Below the pieces are notes generated by a model. It searched no databases and had not been told where the DNA came from. It saw nothing but the letters and a program-made list of their open reading frames with translations. From Candidatus Acidiferrales bacterium (GTDB taxonomy: Bacteria > Acidobacteriota > Terriglobia > Acidiferrales > UBA7541): 35,383 nt of DNA. The translations under genes and the position numbers were made by a program. The DNA lies in the NCBI GenBank assembly GCA_035295305.1, contig DATGJE010000252.1:1-35383 (forward strand), read 5' to 3'. Shown here piece after piece: positions 7,663 through 15,484 of this stretch (position 1 is its first letter; each line of letters starts with the position of its first letter).

Positions 7663-9422
7663 ACGCCGCGAACGATGCGGCTGTCGCGCCAGTGCCGGCG
7701 GATTCCGCGGCGCCGGGGGCGAACCGTTTCGTGCGGCTGTGGAACATCTGGCGGCGCAAGACGCTCACTCTGCGCGAAGGCCAGTTATTTCTTCTGCTCG
7801 CTGTCATTATCGGGATCGTTTCCGGGCTGATTGTCGTTTGCTTTCGCGTAGCGATTGAATGGACGCGATTCTGGCTACTGGGTTCTTCAATGGGACCCTC
7901 GCATTTGCGCGTGCTGCTGGCGCCGACACTGGGCGGGATCGGCGTGGCGCTCCTGGTGATGCTGGTTTTCAAGCAATCACGAGGCAGCGGCGTGAATCAA
8001 ACGAAGGCGGCGGTCTTTATTTTCGACGGCTACGTGCCTTTTCGCACGGTGATCGGGAAATTCGTTACGTGCGCGCTGGCGATTGGGAGCGGGCAATCGC
8101 TGGGTCCCGAAGATCCCTCGCTGCAAATGGGCGCCGGGATTGCGTCGGCGCTGGGACGCAGTCTGAAGCTCTCTCGCGAAAAGCAGCGTCTGATCGCGCC
8201 GATCGGAGCAGCGGCGGGCCTGGCGGCGGCGTTTAACGCGCCGATTTCCGCGGTGATTTTTGTGATCGAAGAGATCATTGGCACGTGGAGCGGCGGAGTG
8301 CTTGGCGCGGTAATCCTGGCGGCGATTTCGAGTGTCGTGGTGATGCGCAATTTTTTGGGAAGCGCTCCGATGTTTCGCGTTCCTGCAATGGAGTTTCGCA
8401 GTCCCGTTGAATTGATCGGATATGCGGTGCTGGGAGTGGTCAGTGGCGTTGCTTCCCTGGCGTTTCTGAAATTCATTGCCTACTTTCGCCCGCGCCTGAA
8501 GCAATTGCCGCGATGGACGCAATACATTCAGCCGGCCGCTGCGGGATTGTTGATCGGAATTATCGGGATTTGGCTGCCGCAGGTGATGGGAAGCGGCTAT
8601 CCAATCATCGACCAGGCTTTGCACGATCAATTCTTGTGGAAAATGCTTTTGCTTTTGGGGTTGTTCAAGATTTTAGCGACCGGAATTTCCTTCGTGAGCG
8701 GCACGCCGGGCGGAATGTTCGCACCGACTCTTTTCATAGGAGCAATGCTCGGGGGCGCCGTTGGCGGAGTGGAGCACTTGTTTGTCCATCATCCGGCACA
8801 ATCGGTTGCGGCGTTTGCGCTAGTGGGGATGGGGACGTTTTTCGCCGGTTTTCTGCGCGTACCGATTACGTCGGTGTTCATGGTCCTTGAGGTGAGCGGG
8901 AACTATTCCATCATCGTTCCTGCGATCATCGCCAATATGATCGCGTATTTCATTTCCCGGCGGTATCAGCAAGTGGCGTTATTCGATTTTCTGGCGCGGC
9001 AGGATGGGTTCTTTCTGCCGTCGATTGAAGAGATGCGCGAGCATACGGCGTTGCGCGTGGAAGACGCGATGCGGCCCGGGGTGGGAATCGTTTTGGGTGA
9101 TGGTGACTCTGCCGAACTGCTTCGCGAGGCGGAAGCGTCGAAGTCATCACAATTCCTAGTGTGGCGGAACGCGGATGGCTGGCGAGCCATTTCCCAGGAA
9201 GAAATTCGCCAGCAGGCAGTGGCAGAATCGATGGGGGCGTCAACAAACGAAGCGCCTGGACGCGGGCCTTTGCCTCAGCTGTATCCGGATCAGCCATTGG
9301 ATGAAGCGCTGCGGTTGATGGGGAATTGGCCTGTTGTGCCGGTAGTTAATCGCGCAAATCTGGAAAAGCTGGAAGGGATTCTATCCGTCGACGATATTTT
9401 GGAAACCTACCGTAAGTCCTGA
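7659..9422 (+). CDS. ClC family chloride channel / Cl-/H+ antiporter with a C-terminal CBS domain pair
   Basis: 587-aa ORF. ClC motifs: GSGV (the GSGIP position), GPEDP (the GREGP position, gating Glu retained), GGMFAP (GxFxP), VIEEI (internal Glu position) and EVSGNY (central Tyr). The C-terminal region VEDAMRPGV...LEGILSVDDILETY looks like CBS repeats. Confidence 0.93.
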   Translation: MNAANDAAVAPVPADSAAPGANRFVRLWNIWRRKTLTLREGQLFLLLAVIIGIVSGLIVVCFRVAIEWTRFWLLGSSMGPSHLRVLLAPTLGGIGVALLVMLVFKQSRGSGVNQTKAAVFIFDGYVPFRTVIGKFVTCALAIGSGQSLGPEDPSLQMGAGIASALGRSLKLSREKQRLIAPIGAAAGLAAAFNAPISAVIFVIEEIIGTWSGGVLGAVILAAISSVVVMRNFLGSAPMFRVPAMEFRSPVELIGYAVLGVVSGVASLAFLKFIAYFRPRLKQLPRWTQYIQPAAAGLLIGIIGIWLPQVMGSGYPIIDQALHDQFLWKMLLLLGLFKILATGISFVSGTPGGMFAPTLFIGAMLGGAVGGVEHLFVHHPAQSVAAFALVGMGTFFAGFLRVPITSVFMVLEVSGNYSIIVPAIIANMIAYFISRRYQQVALFDFLARQDGFFLPSIEEMREHTALRVEDAMRPGVGIVLGDGDSAELLREAEASKSSQFLVWRNADGWRAISQEEIRQQAVAESMGASTNEAPGRGPLPQLYPDQPLDEALRLMGNWPVVPVVNRANLEKLEGILSVDDILETYRKS

Positions 9423-9552
9423 TTTTGCCGAGGGTTCGCAGTCCAGTACTTTCGTACCAGAAGAGTCCTCCGCAAAATGGTGCTTGCTGTCTATTGAGTG
9501 TGGGTCTCTCCACCTCTATGCTCGTCGATATTGTTTAAGCGGAAGGTGGCTC

Positions 9553-9888
9553 TTGGCTCAAAAAGAACGTAGGTCGACACGTCGTTTTATGATGCGATTG
9601 CCGTTGAAAGTTCGTTGGACTAGCGAGGCCTCCGTGGGTGAGGCGTCGACCGAAACCAAGGAAGTCAGCTCCCGTGGGATTTACTTTTCTCTGCCAAAGG
9701 ATTTGAAGAATGGCGCCCCGCTGGAAATCGTCATGACTCTGCCGCATGAGGTGACGCTGGCCGGTCCAGTGAAGGTCCGTTGTTTGGGCCACGTAGTTCG
9801 AACCGATTCGACGCGCGCGCAGGATATTGGAGTAGCGGCGGCAATCGAGCGCTACGAATTTCTTCGCGACGGCGAAGGCGCATTGTAA
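9553..9888 (+). CDS. PilZ domain protein (putative c-di-GMP binding)
   Basis: The track ORF starts at TTG 9484. I prefer TTG 9553, which is preceded by GGAAGGTGG. The PilZ signature elements are RRSTRR (RxxxR) and EVSSRGIYF (D/N-x-S-x-x-G, with E in the first position). The start codon is uncertain. Confidence 0.68.
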   Translation: MAQKERRSTRRFMMRLPLKVRWTSEASVGEASTETKEVSSRGIYFSLPKDLKNGAPLEIVMTLPHEVTLAGPVKVRCLGHVVRTDSTRAQDIGVAAAIERYEFLRDGEGAL

Positions 9889-9901
9889 AGAGTTCTGGTA
9901 A

Positions 9902-9959
9902 TGGGTCAGTTTGAATTTTGACTCTTTGTGTCACGATCAAGAAAATTCAAACTGACCCA
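9902..9959. repeat. Perfect 18-bp inverted repeat (TGGGTCAGTTTGAATTTT / AAAATTCAAACTGACCCA) with a 22-nt loop
   Basis: Read directly from the sequence. The arms at 9902-9919 and 9942-9959 are exact reverse complements. The element begins 14 nt after the PilZ stop codon. Confidence 0.9.
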
Positions 9960-10004
9960 CCACCAAAGTTCTTGCCCAATCTTTTCGGAGATGGGTGGGA
10001 AAAC

Positions 10005-10051
10005 GCTGGCGGGTGAGGGTCCCTCAGCCACATCCGCCGGCTATTTTTTTT
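10005..10051 (+). terminator. Candidate rho-independent terminator
   Basis: The GC-rich stem GCTGGCGG (10005-10012) pairs with CCGCCGGC (10034-10041), with one G-U pair and an inner TGAG/CTCA helix. A run of eight T at 10044-10051 follows almost immediately. Confidence 0.5.
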
Positions 10052-10172
10052 CAGTGATTATTCCTGTACGCCCCATTATTCTTCAAGATAACGCATCCGG
10101 ATTTCCTCCGGCTGATCAGCGCCTCTGACTTCCCTCATGGACTAGGGTTCTCCGCGAACTTATACTGCCTAT

Positions 10173-11759
10173 GTGATTTCTGAATCCACTCTTCTTGGAG
10201 CATTGCGCCGGTATTGGGGATTCGACTCCTTTCGCCCGTTGCAGAAGAGCATTGTGCGAAGCCTGGTGGAAGGCCGCGACACCTGTGTGGTGATGCCTAC
10301 GGGCGGCGGCAAATCGCTGTGCTACCAGCTTCCGGCGGCGCTGCTCGCCAGACAAACGGCGATCGTGATTTCACCGTTGATTGCGTTGATGCAGGACCAG
10401 GTGGCGCAACTGACGCAAATGGGAATTTCCGCCGCGCTGTTGAACAGTTCGTTAGCGGCAAATCAGCAGTCGCGGATTATGCGCGACGCCAGCGAGAGCG
10501 CGTATCGTCTGCTGTACCTTTCGCCGGAGCGGCTGGCGAGGGCGGATACAGCTGCATGGCTCAAGAGTATCCCGATCTCGTTTTTCGCCATCGATGAGGC
10601 GCATTGCATTTCGGAATGGGGGCACGAATTTCGTCCGGAATACCGCCAGTTGAGTTCTCTGCGCGCTCATTTCCCGGACCAGCCCATTGCGGCGTTCACA
10701 GCGAGCGCGACACAGCGCGTTCGCCACGATATTGTCGAGCAGCTTCGTCTGCGCAATGCGCACAAGTGCATCGCGAGCTTTCATCGACCGAATCTGCGGT
10801 ATGTGGTGAAGCAGTGCGATGCACACGCGCAAAGCAGCCTGTTGGTAAAGGCGCTGCGGAGCTACGCGGACCGCAACGTGATCGTGTATGTGCCGACGAT
10901 TGCGCGAGTCGAAGAGACGGTAAAGTTTCTGGAAGAGCAGGGAATTTCCGCGATCGGTTATCACGGGAAGATGGACACGGACGTCCGGAGGAGGAATCAG
11001 GAGAGGTGGATGGCTGACGAAGTCCGCGTTCTGGTGGGCACGCTGGCCTTCGGTTTGGGCATCAACAAGGCAGCCGTGCGCGCGGTGATTCATCTGGCGC
11101 TGCCAAAATCGATCGAGCAATTCTATCAAGAGGCGGGCCGCGGGGGACGTGACGGGCTGCCTGCGGATTGCGTTCTGCTTTGGCAAAAACGTGACGCGGG
11201 CCTGCTAAGTTACTTCATCGGGCAGATCGACGACGCGGAGGAAAAAAAGCGCGCGTGGGAGCGGTACAACGAAATTCGTGGCTTCGCGGAATCAAAAACG
11301 TGCCGCCATCTGCAAATATGCGCACATTTTGGCGAGAATCCGAAGTGGAAGTCCTGCGGGGCGTGCGACGTGTGCGGCTCTGAACCGGATTGGCTGTTAC
11401 TTCGGCCGAAGGCGCAGCCTGGCAGCCCGCGCAGGGCCGTTCCTAGTGTGGGGCAGAGTGCACCGGGAACACCTCAGTCGGCTGGCAAGACACGTGCAAC
11501 CTCCACCGATGGAGCAGAGTTGCGCGAAATTCTGCGGGAATGGCGCAGAGTTACGGCGAAGCAACAAGGTGTGCCGGCTTTTGTGGTGATGCATGACACT
11601 TCGCTCGACGAGCTTTGTCGGGTGCGGCCGGCCTCGCTTTCGGAGCTTCTGCACGTTCACGGATTCGGGGAGCGCAAGGTGGAGCTCTACGGTGAGCAGA
11701 TCATTGCGGAACTGACGAAGTTTCGCGACAGTGCAAATGCGCGTCGCCTGCTGATCTGA
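10173..11759 (+). CDS. recQ: ATP-dependent DNA helicase RecQ (short form)
   Basis: 528-aa ORF with a GTG start. Motif I is MPTGGGKSLCYQLP. The DEAH box is FAIDEAHCISEWGHEFRPEY, and motif VI is QEAGRGGRDG. The Zn-binding module is CRHLQICAHFGE...CGACDVC. The C-terminal HRDC-like region is LREWRRVTAKQQGVPAFVVMHDTSLDELC...GFGERKVELYGEQII. Confidence 0.93.
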   Translation: MISESTLLGALRRYWGFDSFRPLQKSIVRSLVEGRDTCVVMPTGGGKSLCYQLPAALLARQTAIVISPLIALMQDQVAQLTQMGISAALLNSSLAANQQSRIMRDASESAYRLLYLSPERLARADTAAWLKSIPISFFAIDEAHCISEWGHEFRPEYRQLSSLRAHFPDQPIAAFTASATQRVRHDIVEQLRLRNAHKCIASFHRPNLRYVVKQCDAHAQSSLLVKALRSYADRNVIVYVPTIARVEETVKFLEEQGISAIGYHGKMDTDVRRRNQERWMADEVRVLVGTLAFGLGINKAAVRAVIHLALPKSIEQFYQEAGRGGRDGLPADCVLLWQKRDAGLLSYFIGQIDDAEEKKRAWERYNEIRGFAESKTCRHLQICAHFGENPKWKSCGACDVCGSEPDWLLLRPKAQPGSPRRAVPSVGQSAPGTPQSAGKTRATSTDGAELREILREWRRVTAKQQGVPAFVVMHDTSLDELCRVRPASLSELLHVHGFGERKVELYGEQIIAELTKFRDSANARRLLI

Positions 11760-11765
11760 AAAGGC

Positions 11766-11806
11766 CTCAGGTCGTCCCGGCATACAGCGCCGGGACGGGA
11801 CCTGAG
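11766..11806. terminator. GC-rich hairpin between the convergent recQ and SYLF genes (candidate bidirectional terminator)
   Basis: CTCAGGTCGTCCCGGC pairs with GCCGGGAC(GG)GACCTGAG, giving 16 bp with a 2-nt bulge and a 7-nt loop. On the minus strand it is followed by CCTTTTC. On the plus strand it is followed by an A-run, so there is no canonical T-tract for recQ. Confidence 0.5.
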
Positions 11807-11839
11807 CTACAGAAAAAATCGAAGCGGAGACTGCGACAA

Positions 11840-12553
11840 CTAGCGGCGGTCCGATGCCGAAGCCTTTGATTCATTGTGTGGTGAATGCTTTTCCAAGACT
11901 TCGACGAGGTGGCGACCAGATTCCGGAGTGCTGGCGCGTCCGCCCAGGATGATTTCTCTTGCAGTTAATTTGCGGCCGTAGACATCTCTGTTAGCGTCAT
12001 TGTCGGGACGAAGAGTGGAACCCTCGAGCGAAACGCCGGCAAACAGACCGCGCGAACGTGAGTAGCTGAGGACTTCAGAACGCATATAAGCATCGGTGTC
12101 TGCTGAAGCGTCACGCCCGACGGGGCCTGCCGCTGCAGAGGCATCGGCGCCCAATTTGACTTTGCTGCTGAGAATCGAACTCGCGCCTCTCTCATTCATG
12201 ACCAGCAGAACGAGATCAGTGGATTGTCCGCCGATTTGGAACCCGATGCTTGCCCCCTCGAGTGCATACATAGCTGGAGCGCCCCAGGGTCCCCTGAATT
12301 CCTTACCCGTACGGCAAACCATCGCGCCACGGGCGTAACTTCCGCCGATCCCAAACGCCGCCTTAAGAAGATTTGGAAAAACGATGACGCAATCGGCCTT
12401 TTCCAATACTTCTTGCGGGATGTTATCTGGTATATCCATGATTTCCTGCATGACCACACCCGTGTTCGCGAGACGCTTTTGTTCTCTATTGGCCGCGTAC
12501 AGCATCGCGGTAACCAGGAAAACGCACACACCGAAAGCACATTTACGTATCAT
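11840..12553 (-). CDS. SYLF (Ysc84/DUF500-like) lipid-binding domain protein with a signal peptide
   Basis: 237-aa ORF with an ATG start. The hydrophobic N-terminus is MIRKCAFGVCVFLVTAMLYAA. The core CVIVFPNLLKAAFGIGGSYARGAMVCR...WGAPAMYALEGASIGFQIGGQSTDLVLLVMNERG...LGADASAAAGPVGR matches my recollection of SYLF domain sequences. Confidence 0.82.
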   Translation of the reverse strand: MIRKCAFGVCVFLVTAMLYAANREQKRLANTGVVMQEIMDIPDNIPQEVLEKADCVIVFPNLLKAAFGIGGSYARGAMVCRTGKEFRGPWGAPAMYALEGASIGFQIGGQSTDLVLLVMNERGASSILSSKVKLGADASAAAGPVGRDASADTDAYMRSEVLSYSRSRGLFAGVSLEGSTLRPDNDANRDVYGRKLTAREIILGGRASTPESGRHLVEVLEKHSPHNESKASASDRR

Positions 12554-12606
12554 CGCTGACCTCCATGATCAGAATTCTGATTGCAAACTACGAAGGGGTA
12601 GGGTGC

Positions 12607-12643
12607 ATGGGCCCCGTTTGTTTATTGAGTACGCGGGGCCCAT
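12607..12643 (-). terminator. 10-bp perfect GC-rich hairpin between the ompA-like and SYLF genes (attenuator or terminator-like)
   Basis: ATGGGCCCCG (12607-12616) and CGGGGCCCAT (12634-12643) are exact reverse complements with a 17-nt loop. No clear T-tract follows on either strand, so its function is uncertain. Confidence 0.35.
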
Positions 12644-12663
12644 CCGTGCTTATCAGTGACGTG

Positions 12664-14502
12664 CTACTGCTGCTGATGGTTGTCGGACGCGCCTGTTGGC
12701 AACGTGCCGATGGTGGTGCCGATTACATCGCCGGAGACCACTAATTCCACGCGGCGGTTCTGCTGGCGTCCTTCCGCAGTGCCGTTTGAGGCGATCGGTT
12801 GTGACATTCCAAACCCTCGAGACGTCATGGAAGCCACCGGAATATTCTGTTTCGCAAGGTAATCCATTACGGCGCCGGCACGTCTTTCGGACAAGGTCTG
12901 ATTCATAGCCTCGCCGCCAACGCTGTCTGTGTTGCCTTCGATGGCGAGTCTGAGGTCAGGATAAGCAAGCACGATACCGGATATTTTGGCCAGCTTCTCA
13001 CGAGCCTGCGGGCGCAGTGTGTACTGGCCGGTGTCGAAGAGAACGTCTGACATGTTCACGACGAGGCCGCGAGCGGTGTCCCGAGTCGTAAGAATCGCGT
13101 TGAATTGTTGCAGCAATCGGGCGCGAAGTTCTTCACGGTCGCGAACGCTTTGCTGGAGTTGCTGGTCCGAAGATGCAGCGGCGGCCCGGTCTCGATCCGA
13201 TTGCGCCTCTGCTACTTTTTGGCCTTGCTGAGCGTCGGCGGTGGCGGCTTGGTTCCGAGCCGAGTCTGCCTCCGCGTCCTCCTGGCGTTGCTTGGCGTCG
13301 GCCGTAGCGGCGCGGTTGCGTTCCGACTCTGCCTCGGCATTTTTCTGGTTCTGCTGAGCATCGGCAGTGGCGGTTCGATTTCGATCTGACTCTGCCTCTG
13401 CGTCTTTTTGGCCTTGCTGAGCGTCGGCGGCCGCTTTGTTGGCGTCTGCTGCGGCATCACGACTGCGATCTGAATCCGCCTGAGCGTTCAGTTGCTGTTG
13501 CTGCGCCGTAGCGGTGGCCCGATCGGCTTGATTGCGGAGACGGTCTGCATCTGCCGTTGCTGCTTCAGCATTGAGGCGGCCCTGCTTGTCCCGTCTGGAT
13601 TGTTCGGTGGCGTCATCTTCGCGAGCCTGCGAGGCATTCCTGTCGGCGTCGGCACGTTCTGTATCCATATTCTTAATCGCAATTTCGCGAGAGTCTTCTG
13701 CGGTTTGTACAACCTGACGAGACAGAGAAATCAGCGGTTTCTTGTCGACGTGATGCTGGGTGGCGAGATCGTCCACCTGCTTCATTTGATGAAGGGCGTC
13801 ATCGTAACTGGAAGTGGCGTACTGATCCGCACCTGCGGACTTGGCGATGCGCATTGCATTGCGCGCCTCGAAGAACTCGAGCGGCAATTTGGAATTCAAG
13901 ACGACCGGGTCGAACTTATAGCCGGTGGGAATGTATCCACCGCGATCGATGAGTTCATAGTTGGCGTCCACTGTTTCGCTGGTGCCAACTGTGTCCGGAC
14001 GGATTTCGTTTTCCAGGATCACCACGTTGCTGGGTTGTCGCACGGCGTAGTAGGGCTCGGCAGTGACGATGAGAGCAAATGCCTGCAGGTCCGTGGTCAC
14101 ATCGAGCTTGCTGCGATGGTTGCTTCCGACCAGCACTTCACCAATGTTGACGGAGCGGCCTTCTGGAGAAATGGCCCACAAGACGTAAGTCAGGTATTCG
14201 TTACCAAAGGCGGTCGGTCGATCGAGTCCGCTGAATTCCGCCTCGACTTCCATCGCGCCGCGTTTGCTCTCCACCCTTGCCTGCCCTTCTGCCGCCGGCA
14301 TCAGATCGGTGCCACGGAAATTGATCTTCGTTGCGCCGCTGCGGTGCGCGTACTTGATGGCACGCGTTGTGCGGCTGACCACGCTCGCCCGATGGGCGCG
14401 CGATTGATTAGAGTCTATTCCGTTCTGGTTCTGGGCCTGCGCCGAGGCGCCAAAAACCATAAAGGATGCCAAGACAACTGTCGAAATTGAAATCTTTTTC
14501 AT
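12664..14502 (-). CDS. OmpA-family peptidoglycan-binding protein with an N-terminal domain, a helical region and a 21-aa tandem-repeat spacer
   Basis: 612-aa ORF, with AAGGAG upstream of the ATG. The signal peptide is MKKISISTVVLASFMVFGASAQA. The C-terminal OmpA_C motifs are NTDSVGGEAMNQTLSERRAGAVMDYL and GRQQNRRVELVVSG. The central region is a D/A/Q/R-rich repeat tract. Confidence 0.9.
   Translation of the reverse strand: MKKISISTVVLASFMVFGASAQAQNQNGIDSNQSRAHRASVVSRTTRAIKYAHRSGATKINFRGTDLMPAAEGQARVESKRGAMEVEAEFSGLDRPTAFGNEYLTYVLWAISPEGRSVNIGEVLVGSNHRSKLDVTTDLQAFALIVTAEPYYAVRQPSNVVILENEIRPDTVGTSETVDANYELIDRGGYIPTGYKFDPVVLNSKLPLEFFEARNAMRIAKSAGADQYATSSYDDALHQMKQVDDLATQHHVDKKPLISLSRQVVQTAEDSREIAIKNMDTERADADRNASQAREDDATEQSRRDKQGRLNAEAATADADRLRNQADRATATAQQQQLNAQADSDRSRDAAADANKAAADAQQGQKDAEAESDRNRTATADAQQNQKNAEAESERNRAATADAKQRQEDAEADSARNQAATADAQQGQKVAEAQSDRDRAAAASSDQQLQQSVRDREELRARLLQQFNAILTTRDTARGLVVNMSDVLFDTGQYTLRPQAREKLAKISGIVLAYPDLRLAIEGNTDSVGGEAMNQTLSERRAGAVMDYLAKQNIPVASMTSRGFGMSQPIASNGTAEGRQQNRRVELVVSGDVIGTTIGTLPTGASDNHQQQ
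13177..13428 (-). repeat. Four tandem 63-bp (21-codon) in-frame repeats inside the ompA-like gene
   Basis: The units are ADAQQGQKDAEAESDRNRTAT, ADAQQNQKNAEAESERNRAAT, ADAKQRQEDAEADSARNQAAT and ADAQQGQKVAEAQSDRDRAAA. An identical 27-mer, CTTTTTGGCCTTGCTGAGCGTCGGCGG, occurs at 13215-13241 and at 13404-13430, exactly 189 bp (3 x 63) apart. More degenerate copies continue toward about 13560. Confidence 0.88.
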
Positions 14503-14699
14503 GTGTCTCCTTCAGTTTTTCGAAGATTGAGTATTGAGCATTTTCGATTCCGAATGCTGTCCGTTAGAGGACGTTTTGTTGGAAGTAACCGAGGATTAAT
14601 TGCAGGCCGAATCGGGGAATACGGTGAGTTTCAGGTTAGGAATGGTTTATTTTTGAGCAGTCGAGCTTCAGGCTGTCGAAACCTGGTCTGACCAAGAAT

Positions 14700-15245
14700 T
14701 TAGTGGACGATCCGCGCCAATCGCCGCCATATCTCAGTTGAACGCTCCGTTTGGCTAGTTCGCCCAAAGTGAAAGCTTAGGCTAAGGCCGTAGAGGTAAA
14801 CCGAACGTGGTTCGCATGGATACCTCTGGCGCGCGGGATGAAAGTCCAACAGACCGCCACCACCGGAAGGACCCAATTGCACGTTCTGCGTGTAGAGTTC
14901 GCTGGTAAAACCGTCGAAATGCAATCTTCCGTGCCAAAGTTGAATGAGAGGCAGTCTGGATTGGGTGAGGAACAATGTCTTAACTTCGATCATGGGAGAA
15001 AGAGCTGATAAGCCCTGAGCGGGCTCATACGCCTCCGTGGACAGGGAACTGGCAGTATATTGTCCCGCGTTCTGCGAAACAGAGAGGGAAGAAACATAGA
15101 AGCGCACAGGTATCGTCGGCGATGTTGGGATGTTCGGCGAAACAAGCGCCAGCACCGCGATGGGCTCTGGTGCTGATTGCGCCGCGGTCAGCATGGGTGC
15201 ACCCAGAAGCATTCCGAGCAGCAAAATGGAGCGCTTGTGAATCAT
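14700..15245 (-). CDS. Secreted hypothetical protein
   Basis: The track ORF is 14700-15416. I prefer the internal ATG at 15243-15245, which gives MIHKRSILLLGMLLGAPMLTAAQSAP, a classic signal peptide, preceded by a GGGAAGAGG purine tract. I recognise no family. The sequence is Ser/Leu-rich and looks beta-rich. Confidence 0.55.
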   Translation of the reverse strand: MIHKRSILLLGMLLGAPMLTAAQSAPEPIAVLALVSPNIPTSPTIPVRFYVSSLSVSQNAGQYTASSLSTEAYEPAQGLSALSPMIEVKTLFLTQSRLPLIQLWHGRLHFDGFTSELYTQNVQLGPSGGGGLLDFHPARQRYPCEPRSVYLYGLSLSFHFGRTSQTERSTEIWRRLARIVH

Positions 15246-15468
15246 TGCGTTCGCGCCTCTTCCCTGATTGAAACTAGCCTGCTTGCGGCTGGAAAGGATG
15301 GCCCTCTGTGAGCCAAGTGCAGACGAGAGGGGCCCGATTAAATGTACTGAGTTGTTGCACGGCGGTCTGTACCGTTGCGGACACAAACTGGTCCGTATCG
15401 GGGCAGTCGTCGGCACGGTTTACTCTGGGCACGTGGGGAATCGACGTTTTTCGTCGGAAATCGGTGAA

Positions 15469-15484
15469 TGTACAATTTTGCACA
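15469..15484. promoter_or_regulatory. Candidate Crp/Fnr-family binding dyad TGTACAA-TT-TTGCACA
   Basis: The half-sites TGTACAA and TGTGCAA (reverse complement of TTGCACA) differ at one position. The 5-6-5 layout TGTAC-N6-GCACA resembles the CRP-type TGTGA-N6-TCACA architecture. It lies about 90 bp upstream of the Crp/Fnr gene's ATG, in a 330-bp divergent intergenic region. Confidence 0.35.

Noticed and set aside
9928-10128. 66-aa ORF starting inside the 18-bp hairpin region
   Set aside because: It starts within the right arm of the inverted repeat and runs through the predicted terminator. It has no ribosome-binding site and no protein-like features.
10452-11186. 244-aa minus-strand ORF inside recQ, and similarly 16459-17175 inside the alcohol dehydrogenase gene
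   Set aside because: Both are antisense to genes with complete canonical motif sets, so I treat them as shadow ORFs.
13177-13560. Regularly spaced repeats that could be mistaken for a CRISPR array
   Set aside because: The repeats are contiguous 63-bp units with no spacers. They are in frame within a well-supported coding sequence, and no cas genes are present.
13492-14490. 332-aa plus-strand ORF opposite the ompA-like gene
   Set aside because: It is a shadow ORF. The minus-strand frame has a signal peptide, an OmpA_C domain and a strong AAGGAG ribosome-binding site. The plus-strand product is low-complexity with no motifs.
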